Assembly: GCA_963781585.1 (NCBI GenBank)
Contig: CAWAGQ010000004.1
Location: forward strand, 992,001 to 1,056,000
Origin: an uncultured Gemmatimonadaceae bacterium
GTDB taxonomy: Bacteria > Gemmatimonadota > Gemmatimonadetes > Gemmatimonadales > Gemmatimonadaceae
Reading direction: 5' to 3'
Length of the DNA: 64,000 nucleotides
Part shown: positions 1-9,685 of the stretch, piece by piece
Numbering within the stretch: position 1 is the first letter of the stretch
How the letters are laid out: every line of letters starts with the position of its first letter
Translations under genes and position numbers: made by a program
The notes under the pieces: generated by a model
Databases searched by the model: none
Told to the model about the DNA's origin: nothing
Seen by the model: only the letters and a program-made list of their open reading frames with translations

Positions 1-2130
1 GTCGCTGAAAATGGTGCAGCCGCGCGCGCCGCTGAACAGCGACACGTATCGATGCAATGGCGCAGTCGGGACTGGACGCTCGGCCGCCGCGTCGCTCGCC
101 GGAACGTCGAGCCGGCGTCGCTCGACGATGCCATACGCAGCGTCGGCGAACACCCGCGGCGCCACCAGCGGAGTTCTGATGCAGGCACGGATCCGCACGT
201 CGGTGGCCCGATTGTCGCCCGCCACCCGTATCCGGACGAACGGCGCGCCCGCGTCGAGCTCGAACACCGCGCGAATCGGGATTCGTACCCACGGCGCGAC
301 ACGCGCCGTACCAGCCGCGGTGGTCAGGCGCCGGCCCGCGAGCTCCAGCTCCCAGTTTGCAGTGATCGCGGCGCGCAGCGGTCCTCGCATCGAGACCCTT
401 GCCCGCACGAACCGGGCGTCGGTGCGCGTGCCCTCGATCTCCGATCGGGTGTAGAGATCGCCCTGCTCCCCTTCGGCCTCGAACGAGAGAAACGACGGCA
501 TGTCCTGTCCATCGCTGCCGACCAGCGTCAGGTCTTCGCCGTCGATCGCCACCTGCAGCTTGCCATTTTCGATCGTCGTGCGGGTCGCCCGCGCTGCTTC
601 GGGCGGCTTCACAGGACGCCGGGCGCCCGGACGGATCGGCAGCAGCCGCATGCCGTATGCCGGAACCTGGTCCACCCAGGAGAGGACGCGTCGTCGCTCG
701 ACGAGACGATTCTGCGGATAGTGTTGCGGCGACTCTTCCCGCGCGAAGGTGCGGCGCCGGCTCAGCGTCTGCACCACAACGGCAGGATCGCCTAACGACA
801 CTGCCCGCGCGGCCGACGGTGGTGGCCCGGACGCGGCGGACCCCGGGCCCACCGGCACCTCCGCCAGCACGACGTCCAGCTCGAGCTCGGTCACGCCCGA
901 GCGGCGACGCGCGCTCGGATTCCGCACCACCGCCACCGGCAGCCACTCGCCTGACGCCGAGCGGGCCGCCACCGGATCGTGCCCCGCCAGCACGTCCAGC
1001 GCCGCGTCCCGCACGCCCTCGGCCGCCGCCTCGGCCTCCTCCAGCCGCGATGCCACGGCGCGCGCGACCGCGTCGATGGAGCAGCCGCAGAGCGTGTCGT
1101 GCGGATGACAGAGGAGCACCGACCGCCAGCTCGAGTGGAGCAGCGCGCGCGAGTCCCATCCTTCGCGCAGTCGAGCCAGCGCGGCCCAGGGCTCGGCGTC
1201 CCGTACCAGCAGCCGCTCCACGCCGGCATTCCGGCGCTTGAGTGCGCTCCGCACGCCGAGGGTCCCCTGCAGCGTCCAGGTGTACCCGTAGGATTCACGC
1301 AACTCCCCTTCGATCATCGGCAGCCGCCGGCCCGCCGCACGCTCCACGAGCCGCGCGGCGAATGCCGTGAGCGACGAGCGGACCAGCGTCTCGCTCCCCA
1401 TGGCGCGGCCGAGTGCGGCCACGGCCTCGTCGTCGTCGCGTTGCAGCGCGTGATGGTCGGCGCCGTGCGGAAGCAGCACCACGCCCAGAGACGAGCGTTC
1501 CACGATGTCATGCCGCAGTGCCGCCCAGCGCCCGCGTGCCGCCTCGTCGCTCAATGGCAGGTGCGCGCCGGCCTCGTAGCCGGCCGGCGGGAGATGAAAG
1601 AGCAGCGTGGTGGCCCCATCGGGTCCGCGCCAGCGCACCGTGTCTCCGCGCGGCCAGCGCGCGCCTCCGTATCCACGCCACACGATCGTCACGGGACAAC
1701 CGAATTCCGAGGCGATCGTGGCAAGGCTCGCCGGATGCCCGAAGGAATCCGGGCAGTACAGCACGGGTGGCGGTTGCGCTCGCAGCCGGCGGAGAACGCG
1801 ACGCCCGGCCAGCAGGTTCCGAACCAGCGCTTCACCGCCTGGAATCTGTTCGTCGGGGAGCACGTACCACGGACCCGCTTCCAGCGCACCCTTTCGCAGC
1901 ATCGCCGAGAGATCGGACGCCCGCTCCGGGCGAACGTCCAGGTAGTCGTCCAGCACCACGGCCTGCCCATCGAGCAGGAACGCCGCCGAGGATGGCGCGC
2001 CGAGCAATTCGTCGATCAGCGCCACCAGCCGCTGCCGGAACTGCACGGCAGGACGATACCACTCGCGGTCCCAGTGGGTGTGTGCGAGGAGATGGACTTC
2101 GAGTGGCGGTGCGTTCGGAAGCGATGACAT
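1..2130 (-). CDS. Glycoside hydrolase family 38 (alpha-mannosidase / mannosylglycerate hydrolase-like), 3' end beyond window
   Basis: Not in the ORF track because it has no stop in the window. Manual translation from ATG at 2130 gives MSSLPNAPPLEVHLLAHTHWDREWY..., then FLLDGQ, GPWYV, YCPDSFGH (nucleophile Asp motif) and PHGADH. The same frame is still coding at base 1 (...PTAPLHRYVSLFSGARGCTIFSD). Confidence 0.9.
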   Translation of the reverse strand, partial: MSSLPNAPPLEVHLLAHTHWDREWYRPAVQFRQRLVALIDELLGAPSSAAFLLDGQAVVLDDYLDVRPERASDLSAMLRKGALEAGPWYVLPDEQIPGGEALVRNLLAGRRVLRRLRAQPPPVLYCPDSFGHPASLATIASEFGCPVTIVWRGYGGARWPRGDTVRWRGPDGATTLLFHLPPAGYEAGAHLPLSDEAARGRWAALRHDIVERSSLGVVLLPHGADHHALQRDDDEAVAALGRAMGSETLVRSSLTAFAARLVERAAGRRLPMIEGELRESYGYTWTLQGTLGVRSALKRRNAGVERLLVRDAEPWAALARLREGWDSRALLHSSWRSVLLCHPHDTLCGCSIDAVARAVASRLEEAEAAAEGVRDAALDVLAGHDPVAARSASGEWLPVAVVRNPSARRRSGVTELELDVVLAEVPVGPGSAASGPPPSAARAVSLGDPAVVVQTLSRRRTFAREESPQHYPQNRLVERRRVLSWVDQVPAYGMRLLPIRPGARRPVKPPEAARATRTTIENGKLQVAIDGEDLTLVGSDGQDMPSFLSFEAEGEQGDLYTRSEIEGTRTDARFVRARVSMRGPLRAAITANWELELAGRRLTTAAGTARVAPWVRIPIRAVFELDAGAPFVRIRVAGDNRATDVRIRACIRTPLVAPRVFADAAYGIVERRRLDVPASDAAAERPVPTAPLHRYVSLFSGARGCTIFSD

Positions 2131-2247
2131 GCGCACGAGAGTCTGTGTTGACCGACCGATCGTCGCAAGACAGCGTGACCGAACAGTTGACCGAGGCGTG
2201 ACCCCCCTCGAGCTTACGGCGTCCGATCGCCCTCTCACTCCTGTGCC

Positions 2248-2883
2248 ATGAGCCACCTGTTCGACCTTTTTCACCGACTCCAGGACCTCCCCGCGCTTGT
2301 GGAGTGGGCTGGCTACATCGGTCTCGCCGTGATCGTGTTCACCGAAACCGGGTTGTTCGTCGGTTTCTTTCTGCCCGGCGACTCGCTCCTGGTGACCGCC
2401 GGGCTGCTGGCTGCCCAGGGCCTGGACCTGAACGTGTACCTGATGGGCGCGTTGATGAACGTGGCGGCCGTGCTCGGTGACAATTCGAACTACTGGATCG
2501 GCCGGCTCTCGGGACCGAAGATCTTCCACCGCGAAGATTCGTTGTTCTTCCGCCGCAAGCACGTGGAGCACGCGCGCACCTTCTACGCCCGACACGGCGC
2601 GAAGACGATCGTCCTGGCGCGCTTCGTCCCCATCGTCCGCACCTTCGCGCCGCTGGTGGCCGGGGTCGCGCTGATGGACTACCGGGTCTTCCTCACCTTC
2701 AGCATACTCGGCGGCACGGCGTGGATATGGAGCATGCTTTTCACGGGGTACTTTCTCGGCCGATACATCCCGGGGATCGACAGGCACATCGAATTGGTTA
2801 TCATCGGAGTGATCTTCCTGTCGATACTCCCTGGAATCATCGGGTATCTGAAGGAACGCCGGCGCACGGTCGCTCAGCCGTAA
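2248..2883 (+). CDS. DedA family membrane protein (VTT domain)
   Basis: [26 protein letters not shown] and [12 protein letters not shown] motifs. Confidence 0.95.
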   Translation: MSHLFDLFHRLQDLPALVEWAGYIGLAVIVFTETGLFVGFFLPGDSLLVTAGLLAAQGLDLNVYLMGALMNVAAVLGDNSNYWIGRLSGPKIFHREDSLFFRRKHVEHARTFYARHGAKTIVLARFVPIVRTFAPLVAGVALMDYRVFLTFSILGGTAWIWSMLFTGYFLGRYIPGIDRHIELVIIGVIFLSILPGIIGYLKERRRTVAQP

Positions 2884-2948
2884 GAGCCGCCAGCTGGAGC
2901 GCGCGCCGGCGCGATGCCGTGGACGACCCTAGCCGGAGAACCGAGCTC

Positions 2949-3560
2949 ATGCCGTACACCCTGCCATCCCTTCCTTACGCCTTCGATGCGCTGGAACCGC
3001 ACGTCGATGCCACCACCATGCAGATCCACCATGGCAAGCATCACCAGGCGTACGTCAACAATCTCAACACCGCGCTGGACAAACAGCCGGAGCTGTACAA
3101 GAAGTCGCTCGAGGATCTGCTCGGTGGGTTGAGCGCGGTGCCGGACACGATTCGGACCGCGGTGCGGAACAATGGCGGTGGCCACTGGAACCACTCGATG
3201 TTCTGGCAGATCATGGGGCCTGACGCCGGGGGCGAGCCGAAGGGCGATCTGGCCAAGGCCATCAGTTCGTCTTTCGGCGACTTCGCAAAATTCAGGGAAC
3301 AGTTTGGCGCAGCCGCTGGTGCGCGATTCGGTTCGGGATGGGCGTGGCTGCTGCGGGAAGGCGGCAAACTGTCGATCACCTCCACGCCTAACCAGGACAA
3401 CCCGTTGATGGACGGCAAGAAGGCCGCCGATATCATCCTCGGACTCGACGTCTGGGAGCACGCCTACTACCTGAAATACCAGAACCGCCGGCCGGAGTAC
3501 GTGGCCGCCTGGTGGAACGTGGTGAACTGGAAGGCAGTGGGAGACCGATTCGCCGCCTAG
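2949..3560 (+). CDS. sodA: Superoxide dismutase, Mn type
   Basis: Start [11 protein letters not shown] at 2949. [15 protein letters not shown] and NQD (Mn-type signature residues), DVWEHAYY. Confidence 0.93.
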   Translation: MPYTLPSLPYAFDALEPHVDATTMQIHHGKHHQAYVNNLNTALDKQPELYKKSLEDLLGGLSAVPDTIRTAVRNNGGGHWNHSMFWQIMGPDAGGEPKGDLAKAISSSFGDFAKFREQFGAAAGARFGSGWAWLLREGGKLSITSTPNQDNPLMDGKKAADIILGLDVWEHAYYLKYQNRRPEYVAAWWNVVNWKAVGDRFAA

Positions 3561-3576
3561 CGCCTGCGATCGCAAC

Positions 3577-3610
3577 GGCGGGGCGCGCCACCACGCTGCG
3601 CGCCGCCGCC
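3577..3610. terminator. GC-rich hairpin between convergent sodA and permease genes
   Basis: GGCGG-GGCGCGC pairs with GCGCGCC-(G)-CCGCC, a 12-bp stem with one bulge. No U tract. Confidence 0.45.
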
Positions 3611-3623
3611 TGACGCTGCCGCG

Positions 3624-6329
3624 TCACTCGTCGCGCAACGCGACGGTCGGATCCACATGGGCCGCGCGCCAGGCGGGGAGGAAGCTGGCCACGAGGGCGA
3701 CGGCGAGGAGCGAACCGGACGCGACCGCCAGCAGTAACGGGTCGCGTGGCGAGACGTGAAACAGCAGCGGGGCCAGCACACGCCCGAGCGCGAGCGTGAG
3801 TGCGAGTCCCGTGAGTACGCCCAGTAGCGCACTGCGAACCCCGTCACCCACGACGAGCTTCAGGATCTGCTCCATTCGCGCGCCGAGGGCGACGCGTACC
3901 CCGAGCTCCGGGGTGCGCTGCAGTGTGTCGTAGGAGACGACGCTGTAGAGGCCCACCGCCGCCAGCACCAGCGCGGTCGCCCCGAAAATCACGAACAACG
4001 ACGCGCCGAGCCGCCAGGGTCGAACCTGCGGCTCGACGAGGGTCTGCAGCGGATCCACTCTGGCGTAGGGTAATCCACTCTCGATGCCCTGCATCGTCGC
4101 GCGGATCGCGCGCTCTGCTCCCGCAAGGTCCCCACGCGGTCGCACCATTACCACCCGGGACTCCGGTCCCTTCCACACCTCCTGCGGTTCGAGCACGAAA
4201 TACTGCGCCGAGCTGACGTCCTGCACGCTCTGGCGGCGGAAATCATGCACAATCCCGACCACCGTGAGGCACCTGGTATTGTTCCCTTCGATGTAGAGGC
4301 AGGTGCCGAGTGGATCGCGGCCGGGGTATTCGACGCGCGTCATCGTTTCGTTGATGACAGCCACCGGCGGCGCGCCGCGCACGTCGGTGGAGTCGAAGCC
4401 CCTGCCGCGGACGATGTGCATCCCCATGGTCGCGAAGTACTCGGGCCCCACGGCGTTGATGTACGGTCCGCCATCCTGCAGGGGCACCAGTGAGTCGAGT
4501 CCCGCGATCCGGAGGTTGGTGGCCCAGCTGCTGAAGAACGGGGCCGTCACTGCGATGCTGGCGCGCTCGACCTCGGGCAGCGCCGCAATGCGCTCGCGCG
4601 CGGTCCGGAAGAACGCGATTTGCTCGGGCGCCTTCTTCCCGACCGCATCCAGGTTCATGTCGGCGAGCAGGACGCGGTGCGCATCGTAGCCGAGATCGAC
4701 CTGGAGCACATTGCGCAGGCTCGCGACGAACATTGCCGCACCGGCAAGCAGCGTGACCGACAGGCTCCCCTGCACGACGAGAAGCGATCGGCGCAGGCGG
4801 GAACGCCGGTGCAATTCGCCGTGCATGCCCGCGCGCAGCACGCCGGCGACATCGCCCCGCAGCGCGTGTAGCGCCGGGGCGAGGCCACAGAGAAGGCCGC
4901 AGCCGAGCGACACCGCCGCCGCGACGACAAAGACGCGCCCGTCAACCACCGGATCGGCGCGGGAGAAATCCGGAAGCAGGAGGCGGCGCAACATCATTCC
5001 CCCCACCGCGGCGATAAGGAGCGCGGCCGCGCCGGCGCAGAGCGCCAGGGCGACGCTCTCCGTCAGCAGCTGCCCCATCAGGCGTGACCGGCTGATCCCA
5101 ACCGCCAGTCGCACCGCGATCTCCCGCCGTCGCTGCGACGCGCGTGTCACCAGCAGGTTGGCGATGTTCGCGGTGGCTACCAAAAGGAGTACGATCGACG
5201 TCGCCATCAGCAGCAGGGAGAGCCGGCTCGACGCCGTTGCCCCATCACCGGGGGCACGTCCCGGAATGATCGAGCCGAGTATCGCCGTGCCGTTGCGTTC
5301 CCCCTTGTTCTTCGCATGCGCGGCGCGATACACCAACGTTGCGCGTGCCGCCGCCTGCGTCTCCATCACCCCCGGCTTCAGTCGCACAACCACTCTTAGC
5401 CACTGCCAGTTGTACGTCGAGGCCCAGTCGGTAGTGATTGCGCGCGACGCCGCGGCGCTGATCGGAACGAAGACATCCACATCCGCGGTGCCGGTTCCGC
5501 GGAACCCTCTCGGCGCAACGCCGATGATCGTGAAGGGCCGGCCCTGCAGATCCAGCGTCTGGCCGATCACGTTACGTTCGCCGCCGAAGGCACGCTGCCA
5601 GTATCCGTACGACAGCACGACCACGGGCGTCCCGTCGGGAGGACGATCCTCATCCTCGGTGTAGAAACGGCCCAGAAAGGGTCGCGTCTCGAGGGTCGGG
5701 AAATAGCTCGCCGTGGTGAGCAGGGCGCGCACCTGGTCCGCGTCAGCACCGCGTCCCCGGGGCAAAGAGGTTGGATAGGCCGCGGCGGCGACTTCGATGA
5801 CGTCGTGCAGGCCCGCAATGTCGAGATAGTCCGGATACCCCTGGCTCGAATTGGTGAACGACCCCATGACGTCGAACGTCACCCGATGGTAGACAAACCG
5901 CAGGCCATCGGCCTCGCGGATCAGGGGTGCGGGACGCAGCAACAGCCGATCGACGATCCCGAACATCGCCGCGTTCGCCCCGATCCCGATCGCCAGCGTC
6001 CCGATCACGGTCGCGGCGAATCCCGGAGACCGACGCATGGTGCGCAGCGCGTAGGTCGCGTTCTGCGCGGCCGCGTCCAGCCAACTCCGCCATCGCGCGC
6101 GCCTGACGAGCCCCAGATCGATGCGACGCAACTCCGACCGCGCGCGGCCGACATCGCCGAATTCGGTCGCGGCGATCGCACGCGCGTCAGCCGGTGACGC
6201 CCCCTCACGAATCAGCGCATCCATCCGGGTTTCCAGGTGAAACCGGAGCTCGTCGTCGATCTCCCGGTTCACGGTCTCACGGCGGGGACGGACCCGCAAC
6301 AGCCGACGGAACGACCAGCCGCCGCTCAC
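3624..6329 (-). CDS. Duplicated orphan ABC permease (ADOP-like; two MacB-PCD/FtsX units)
   Basis: EIDDELRFHLE prefix, RSPGFAATVIGTLAIGIGAN, and two RE(I/L)xVRxAxG coupling motifs. GTG start at 6329 overlaps the padR stop (GTGA). Confidence 0.92.
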   Translation of the reverse strand: MSGGWSFRRLLRVRPRRETVNREIDDELRFHLETRMDALIREGASPADARAIAATEFGDVGRARSELRRIDLGLVRRARWRSWLDAAAQNATYALRTMRRSPGFAATVIGTLAIGIGANAAMFGIVDRLLLRPAPLIREADGLRFVYHRVTFDVMGSFTNSSQGYPDYLDIAGLHDVIEVAAAAYPTSLPRGRGADADQVRALLTTASYFPTLETRPFLGRFYTEDEDRPPDGTPVVVLSYGYWQRAFGGERNVIGQTLDLQGRPFTIIGVAPRGFRGTGTADVDVFVPISAAASRAITTDWASTYNWQWLRVVVRLKPGVMETQAAARATLVYRAAHAKNKGERNGTAILGSIIPGRAPGDGATASSRLSLLLMATSIVLLLVATANIANLLVTRASQRRREIAVRLAVGISRSRLMGQLLTESVALALCAGAAALLIAAVGGMMLRRLLLPDFSRADPVVDGRVFVVAAAVSLGCGLLCGLAPALHALRGDVAGVLRAGMHGELHRRSRLRRSLLVVQGSLSVTLLAGAAMFVASLRNVLQVDLGYDAHRVLLADMNLDAVGKKAPEQIAFFRTARERIAALPEVERASIAVTAPFFSSWATNLRIAGLDSLVPLQDGGPYINAVGPEYFATMGMHIVRGRGFDSTDVRGAPPVAVINETMTRVEYPGRDPLGTCLYIEGNNTRCLTVVGIVHDFRRQSVQDVSSAQYFVLEPQEVWKGPESRVVMVRPRGDLAGAERAIRATMQGIESGLPYARVDPLQTLVEPQVRPWRLGASLFVIFGATALVLAAVGLYSVVSYDTLQRTPELGVRVALGARMEQILKLVVGDGVRSALLGVLTGLALTLALGRVLAPLLFHVSPRDPLLLAVASGSLLAVALVASFLPAWRAAHVDPTVALRDE

Positions 6330-6673
6330 GTGGACGCCTGCGAGGGGTTCGATCGCAGCACCCCGAACACTGCGTCCACGTATCGCGTCCAGCGCGCCGT
6401 CTCGGAGCGAAGGGCGCGACGCCCTTCCGTCGTCAGCCGGTAGTACTTCGCTTTGCGGTTGTTTTCCGACACGCCCCACTCACTCTCAACGAATCGCCGC
6501 GCCTCGAGCCGGTGCAGCGCGACATAGAGGGCGCGATCCTCAACCGCCAGCGCCTCCTTGCTCGACGTCTTGATCCAGCGGGCGACCGCGTAGCCATGAC
6601 GAGGTCCCCAGGAAAGGGTCTTGAGGACCAGCAGATCGAGCGTCCCCTGCACCAGGTCGAGCTCGGACGTCAT
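6326..6673 (-). CDS. PadR family transcriptional regulator (acidobacterial type)
   Basis: QGTLDLLVLKTL, HGYAVA, LYVALHRLE, WGVSENNRKAKYY. ATG at 6673 with GGGGAG RBS. Confidence 0.95.
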   Translation of the reverse strand: MTSELDLVQGTLDLLVLKTLSWGPRHGYAVARWIKTSSKEALAVEDRALYVALHRLEARRFVESEWGVSENNRKAKYYRLTTEGRRALRSETARWTRYVDAVFGVLRSNPSQAST

Positions 6674-6681
6674 CGGATCGC

Positions 6682-6708
6682 TCCCCGGAAGTGTTCCGGG
6701 GAATGATA
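6682..6708 (-). promoter_or_regulatory. Putative PadR operator (TCCCCGGAA-GTG-TTCCGGGGA) with adjacent -10 hexamer TATCAT
   Basis: Perfect 9-bp inverted repeat at 6682-6702 overlapping the padR RBS. TATCAT on the minus strand at 6703-6708 lies immediately upstream. Confidence 0.7.
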
Positions 6709-6779
6709 GGAATCCGGGGTGGCCTCGGCAAGGGTCGGACGGTTCGCGGTGCACAGGCGTGTCGCAGCCCGGGCGCACG

Positions 6780-6856
6780 ACCTATGACCTTGGGTTTTCG
6801 GCCTCTGGCCTCTGCCCCCTGACCTTTGCCACGTGGCCTATCGCCTGTGGCCACTA
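6780..6856. repeat. Degenerate heptamer tandem repeat, 11 units, consensus approx. RCCTHTG
   Basis: acctatg accttgg gttttcg gcctctg gcctctg ccccctg acctttg ccacgtg gcctatc gcctgtg gccacta, in unbroken 7-nt register. Confidence 0.75.
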
Positions 6857-8815
6857 TCTCGCCGCTTCCCCTTCGAGATAGGTGTACCCTTCCAGTCCGG
6901 CCACGTACTCCGCAATGAAGCTGTTCGATTCCTGACGCGTCAGCGCCGTCGCCGCGGCCACCTTGCGCCGGAATCGCGCCAGCAGGTCCGCCGCGTTGAA
7001 CTGCACATAATTGAGCACCTCGGTGACCGTGTCCCCTCGCACCAGATCGGTGACCTCGTAGCCCGATTCGCCGAGCCGCACGTGGACGGCATTCGTGTCA
7101 CCAAACAGGTTGTGCAGATCGCCGAGTATTTCCTGATACGCACCCGTCAGGAACACCCCCAGGACGTACTGCTCGCCATCGCGGAATTCGTGGAGCTGCA
7201 CGCTCGGCTGGCCGCCCTTGTTGCCCACGAATCGGTCGATCTTGCCATCGGAATCACAGGTGATGTCCTGCAGCGTGCCGCGGCGCAGGGGGCGCTCGTC
7301 GAGCCGGTGCACCGGCATGATCGGAAACAACTGGTCGATCGCCCACGAATCCGGCAGCGACTGGAAGAGCGAGAAGTTGCAGAAGTAGCGGTCGACCAGC
7401 ACCGCACGGATGTCGGCCGTGATCTCGTCGAATCCGTTCGGATTCTCGTCCACGATGTGGCCGATCCGGTTCATCGTGGCGAAGTAGATCGTCTCCGCCA
7501 TCGCCCGATGGCGGAGCGTAATGACGCCGGTATTGAACAGCTGCTGCGCGCGTTCCTTGTCGAACGACGCATCGTGGCAGATCTCGACGATCTTGCGCTT
7601 CGGGATCCGCTTCCGGGAGACGGTGCGGCAGTCCTCCATCATCTCCTTCAGCAGCGCCGGATCGTCGGCCGTGAGTTCCGGAACCACTGGATCGGCCTGG
7701 GACTCGACGTCGATGACCTTCAGCAGCAGCAGCGCGTGATGGGCGGTGAGGGCCCGCCCCGACTCGCTGATGATGTGCGGCATCGGCAACCCGCGATTGC
7801 GGCATGCCTCGCCGATCGTGTACACGACGTCGTTGGCGTACTCCTGCAGCGTGTAATTCACGCTCGCCTGCGACGTGGAGTTGCTGCCGTCGTAGTCCAC
7901 CCCCAGGCCGCCTCCAACATCGATGTGCGTGATGTCCACGCCCAGCGCGCGCAGCTCGATGTAGAACCGCGTGATCTCCTGCAGCGCGGTCTTGATGTAG
8001 CGGATGTCGGTGATCTGGCTGCCGAGGTGGAAGTGGATGAGCTTGAGAATGTCCAGCTGGCCCAGTTCCCGGAGGCGGTCCACCAGTTTGACCAGCTCGG
8101 GAGCCGTGAGGCCGAACTTCGACTTCTCCCCGCCGCTGGTCGCCCACCGCCCCGACCCCTCGGTCGCGAGCTTGATGCGCACACCGGCCTGCGGTACCGC
8201 GTCCAGGTCGCGCGCCGCATCGAGCAGGACGTCGAGTTCGCTCAGCTGCTCGAGGACGATGAACACGCGGTGACCCAGTTTCTGGCCCATCAGGGCCAGC
8301 CGCATGAACTCTTCGTCCTTGTATCCGTTACAGACGATGACGTGTTGAGTCGACTCCGACAGGCCGAGTACCGCCTGCAGCTCGGGCTTCGAACCGCACT
8401 CCAGTCCAACCTGATGCTTCGTCCCGAACTCGACGATCTCCTCCACCACGTGCCGCTGCTGATTTACCTTGATCGGATACACCGTCGTGTAGCCGCCGGA
8501 ATACTCGAATTCGCGGATCGCCGACGCGAATCGCTCGCAGAGCGATTCGATGCGGGCACGCAGAATGTCGGAGAAGCGGAGCAGGACCGGCAGGGCAATG
8601 CCCTGCTCCTCGAGGTCCATTGCCAACTCGTACAGGTCGAGTGTGCGCTCCGCGCGCTCGGGGTCGGGATGGACGACTACGTGTCCCGCATCGTTGATGT
8701 CGAAGAACCCGATGCCCCAGCCGTCGACGTTGTAGAGTTCCCTGGCATCGTCGACAGTCCAGTCCCTGGACGGCGCCGCCGGAGGAGCCGCCGCCGGAAC
8801 GCGGGTACTTGTCAT
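6854..8815 (-). CDS. speA: Biosynthetic arginine decarboxylase
   Basis: YPIKVNQ (PLP Lys), HFHLGSQI, DVGGGLGVDYDG, ESGRA, TCDSDG, GAYQEILGDLHNLFG. Confidence 0.97.
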   Translation of the reverse strand: MTSTRVPAAAPPAAPSRDWTVDDARELYNVDGWGIGFFDINDAGHVVVHPDPERAERTLDLYELAMDLEEQGIALPVLLRFSDILRARIESLCERFASAIREFEYSGGYTTVYPIKVNQQRHVVEEIVEFGTKHQVGLECGSKPELQAVLGLSESTQHVIVCNGYKDEEFMRLALMGQKLGHRVFIVLEQLSELDVLLDAARDLDAVPQAGVRIKLATEGSGRWATSGGEKSKFGLTAPELVKLVDRLRELGQLDILKLIHFHLGSQITDIRYIKTALQEITRFYIELRALGVDITHIDVGGGLGVDYDGSNSTSQASVNYTLQEYANDVVYTIGEACRNRGLPMPHIISESGRALTAHHALLLLKVIDVESQADPVVPELTADDPALLKEMMEDCRTVSRKRIPKRKIVEICHDASFDKERAQQLFNTGVITLRHRAMAETIYFATMNRIGHIVDENPNGFDEITADIRAVLVDRYFCNFSLFQSLPDSWAIDQLFPIMPVHRLDERPLRRGTLQDITCDSDGKIDRFVGNKGGQPSVQLHEFRDGEQYVLGVFLTGAYQEILGDLHNLFGDTNAVHVRLGESGYEVTDLVRGDTVTEVLNYVQFNAADLLARFRRKVAAATALTRQESNSFIAEYVAGLEGYTYLEGEAAR

Positions 8816-8869
8816 GGCGCGAACTATATGTGATCTGCGGCGCTGGAGTCCAGTGGGCGGAGCCGCTCG

Positions 8870-9685
8870 TTACCCCATCGCGCGGCGCATGAAACTGCGC
8901 ACGCCCAGCGAGGCGAATCCGAGCGTCACCACCAGCATGGCCGCCGACGCGACCGGCAATGGCATGTGCGGGATCTCCGGCGTGAGTGCGCCGCGCATCG
9001 CCTCGGCGACGTACACCATCGGATTGACCAGCACGCCGTACTTGAACGCCGGCACCGCATCGAGTCCGCGCCACGGATAATACGCGCAGCCGAACATCAG
9101 CATCGGCGCGATGATGATGCTGAACATCAATCCGATCTGCTGAGGGTTGATGGACGTTCCCATCCACAGCCCGAGCGACGCGAACGCTGCCGATCCGAGC
9201 AACGTGACGCTGAATGCCAGTCCGGCGTGCCCCAACGTCAGTCCGGGAACGGGGCCCATGATCAGGCGGGCCGCCGGCAGCACCACGATCGCCGCGATGA
9301 CTCCCTGCAGCGATCCGGATACCAGCTTCTCCACAGCGATCAGGCGGATCGGCACGGGCGCCAGCAGCCGGTCCTCGATTTCCCGGGTCCACCCGAAGTC
9401 CTGCATCATCGGCAGCGACACCGATTGCACCGACGACATCGTCAGGCTCACCGCCAGGATGCCCGGCAGCAACGCCGTCGTGTACCCTCCGCGGATGAAT
9501 CCCATGCGCGGCAGCAAGAACCCGAAGACCACCAGAAAGAGCACCGGCTGCATGACCGTGCGGATGAGAAAGAACGGCAGCTCACGCCTCGCCACGCGCA
9601 CGTCGCGCAGCAGCAACGCCCCGAAGACCCCCAGGGGACTTGGGGCCGGCCTTCGGAGTTCCGGGAGAACGGCCGCGTCGGTCAA
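8870..9685 (-). CDS. ABC-2 type transporter permease
   Basis: About six hydrophobic segments, EIEDRLLAPV and NPMVYVAEAMR motifs. TTG start overlaps the ATPase stop (TTGA). Confidence 0.88.
   Translation of the reverse strand: MTDAAVLPELRRPAPSPLGVFGALLLRDVRVARRELPFFLIRTVMQPVLFLVVFGFLLPRMGFIRGGYTTALLPGILAVSLTMSSVQSVSLPMMQDFGWTREIEDRLLAPVPIRLIAVEKLVSGSLQGVIAAIVVLPAARLIMGPVPGLTLGHAGLAFSVTLLGSAAFASLGLWMGTSINPQQIGLMFSIIIAPMLMFGCAYYPWRGLDAVPAFKYGVLVNPMVYVAEAMRGALTPEIPHMPLPVASAAMLVVTLGFASLGVRSFMRRAMG

Noticed and set aside
11..2201. Several long plus-strand ORFs (e.g. 979-2127, 52-795)
   Set aside because: Antisense shadows of the GH38 gene on the minus strand; Arg/Pro-rich with no motifs.
6833..8833. 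666-aa plus-strand ORF opposite speA, and similar long antisense ORFs (33011-34591, 43326-45110, 45780-47681, 50195-52057)
   Set aside because: Expected in high-GC DNA opposite real genes; no recognisable motifs.
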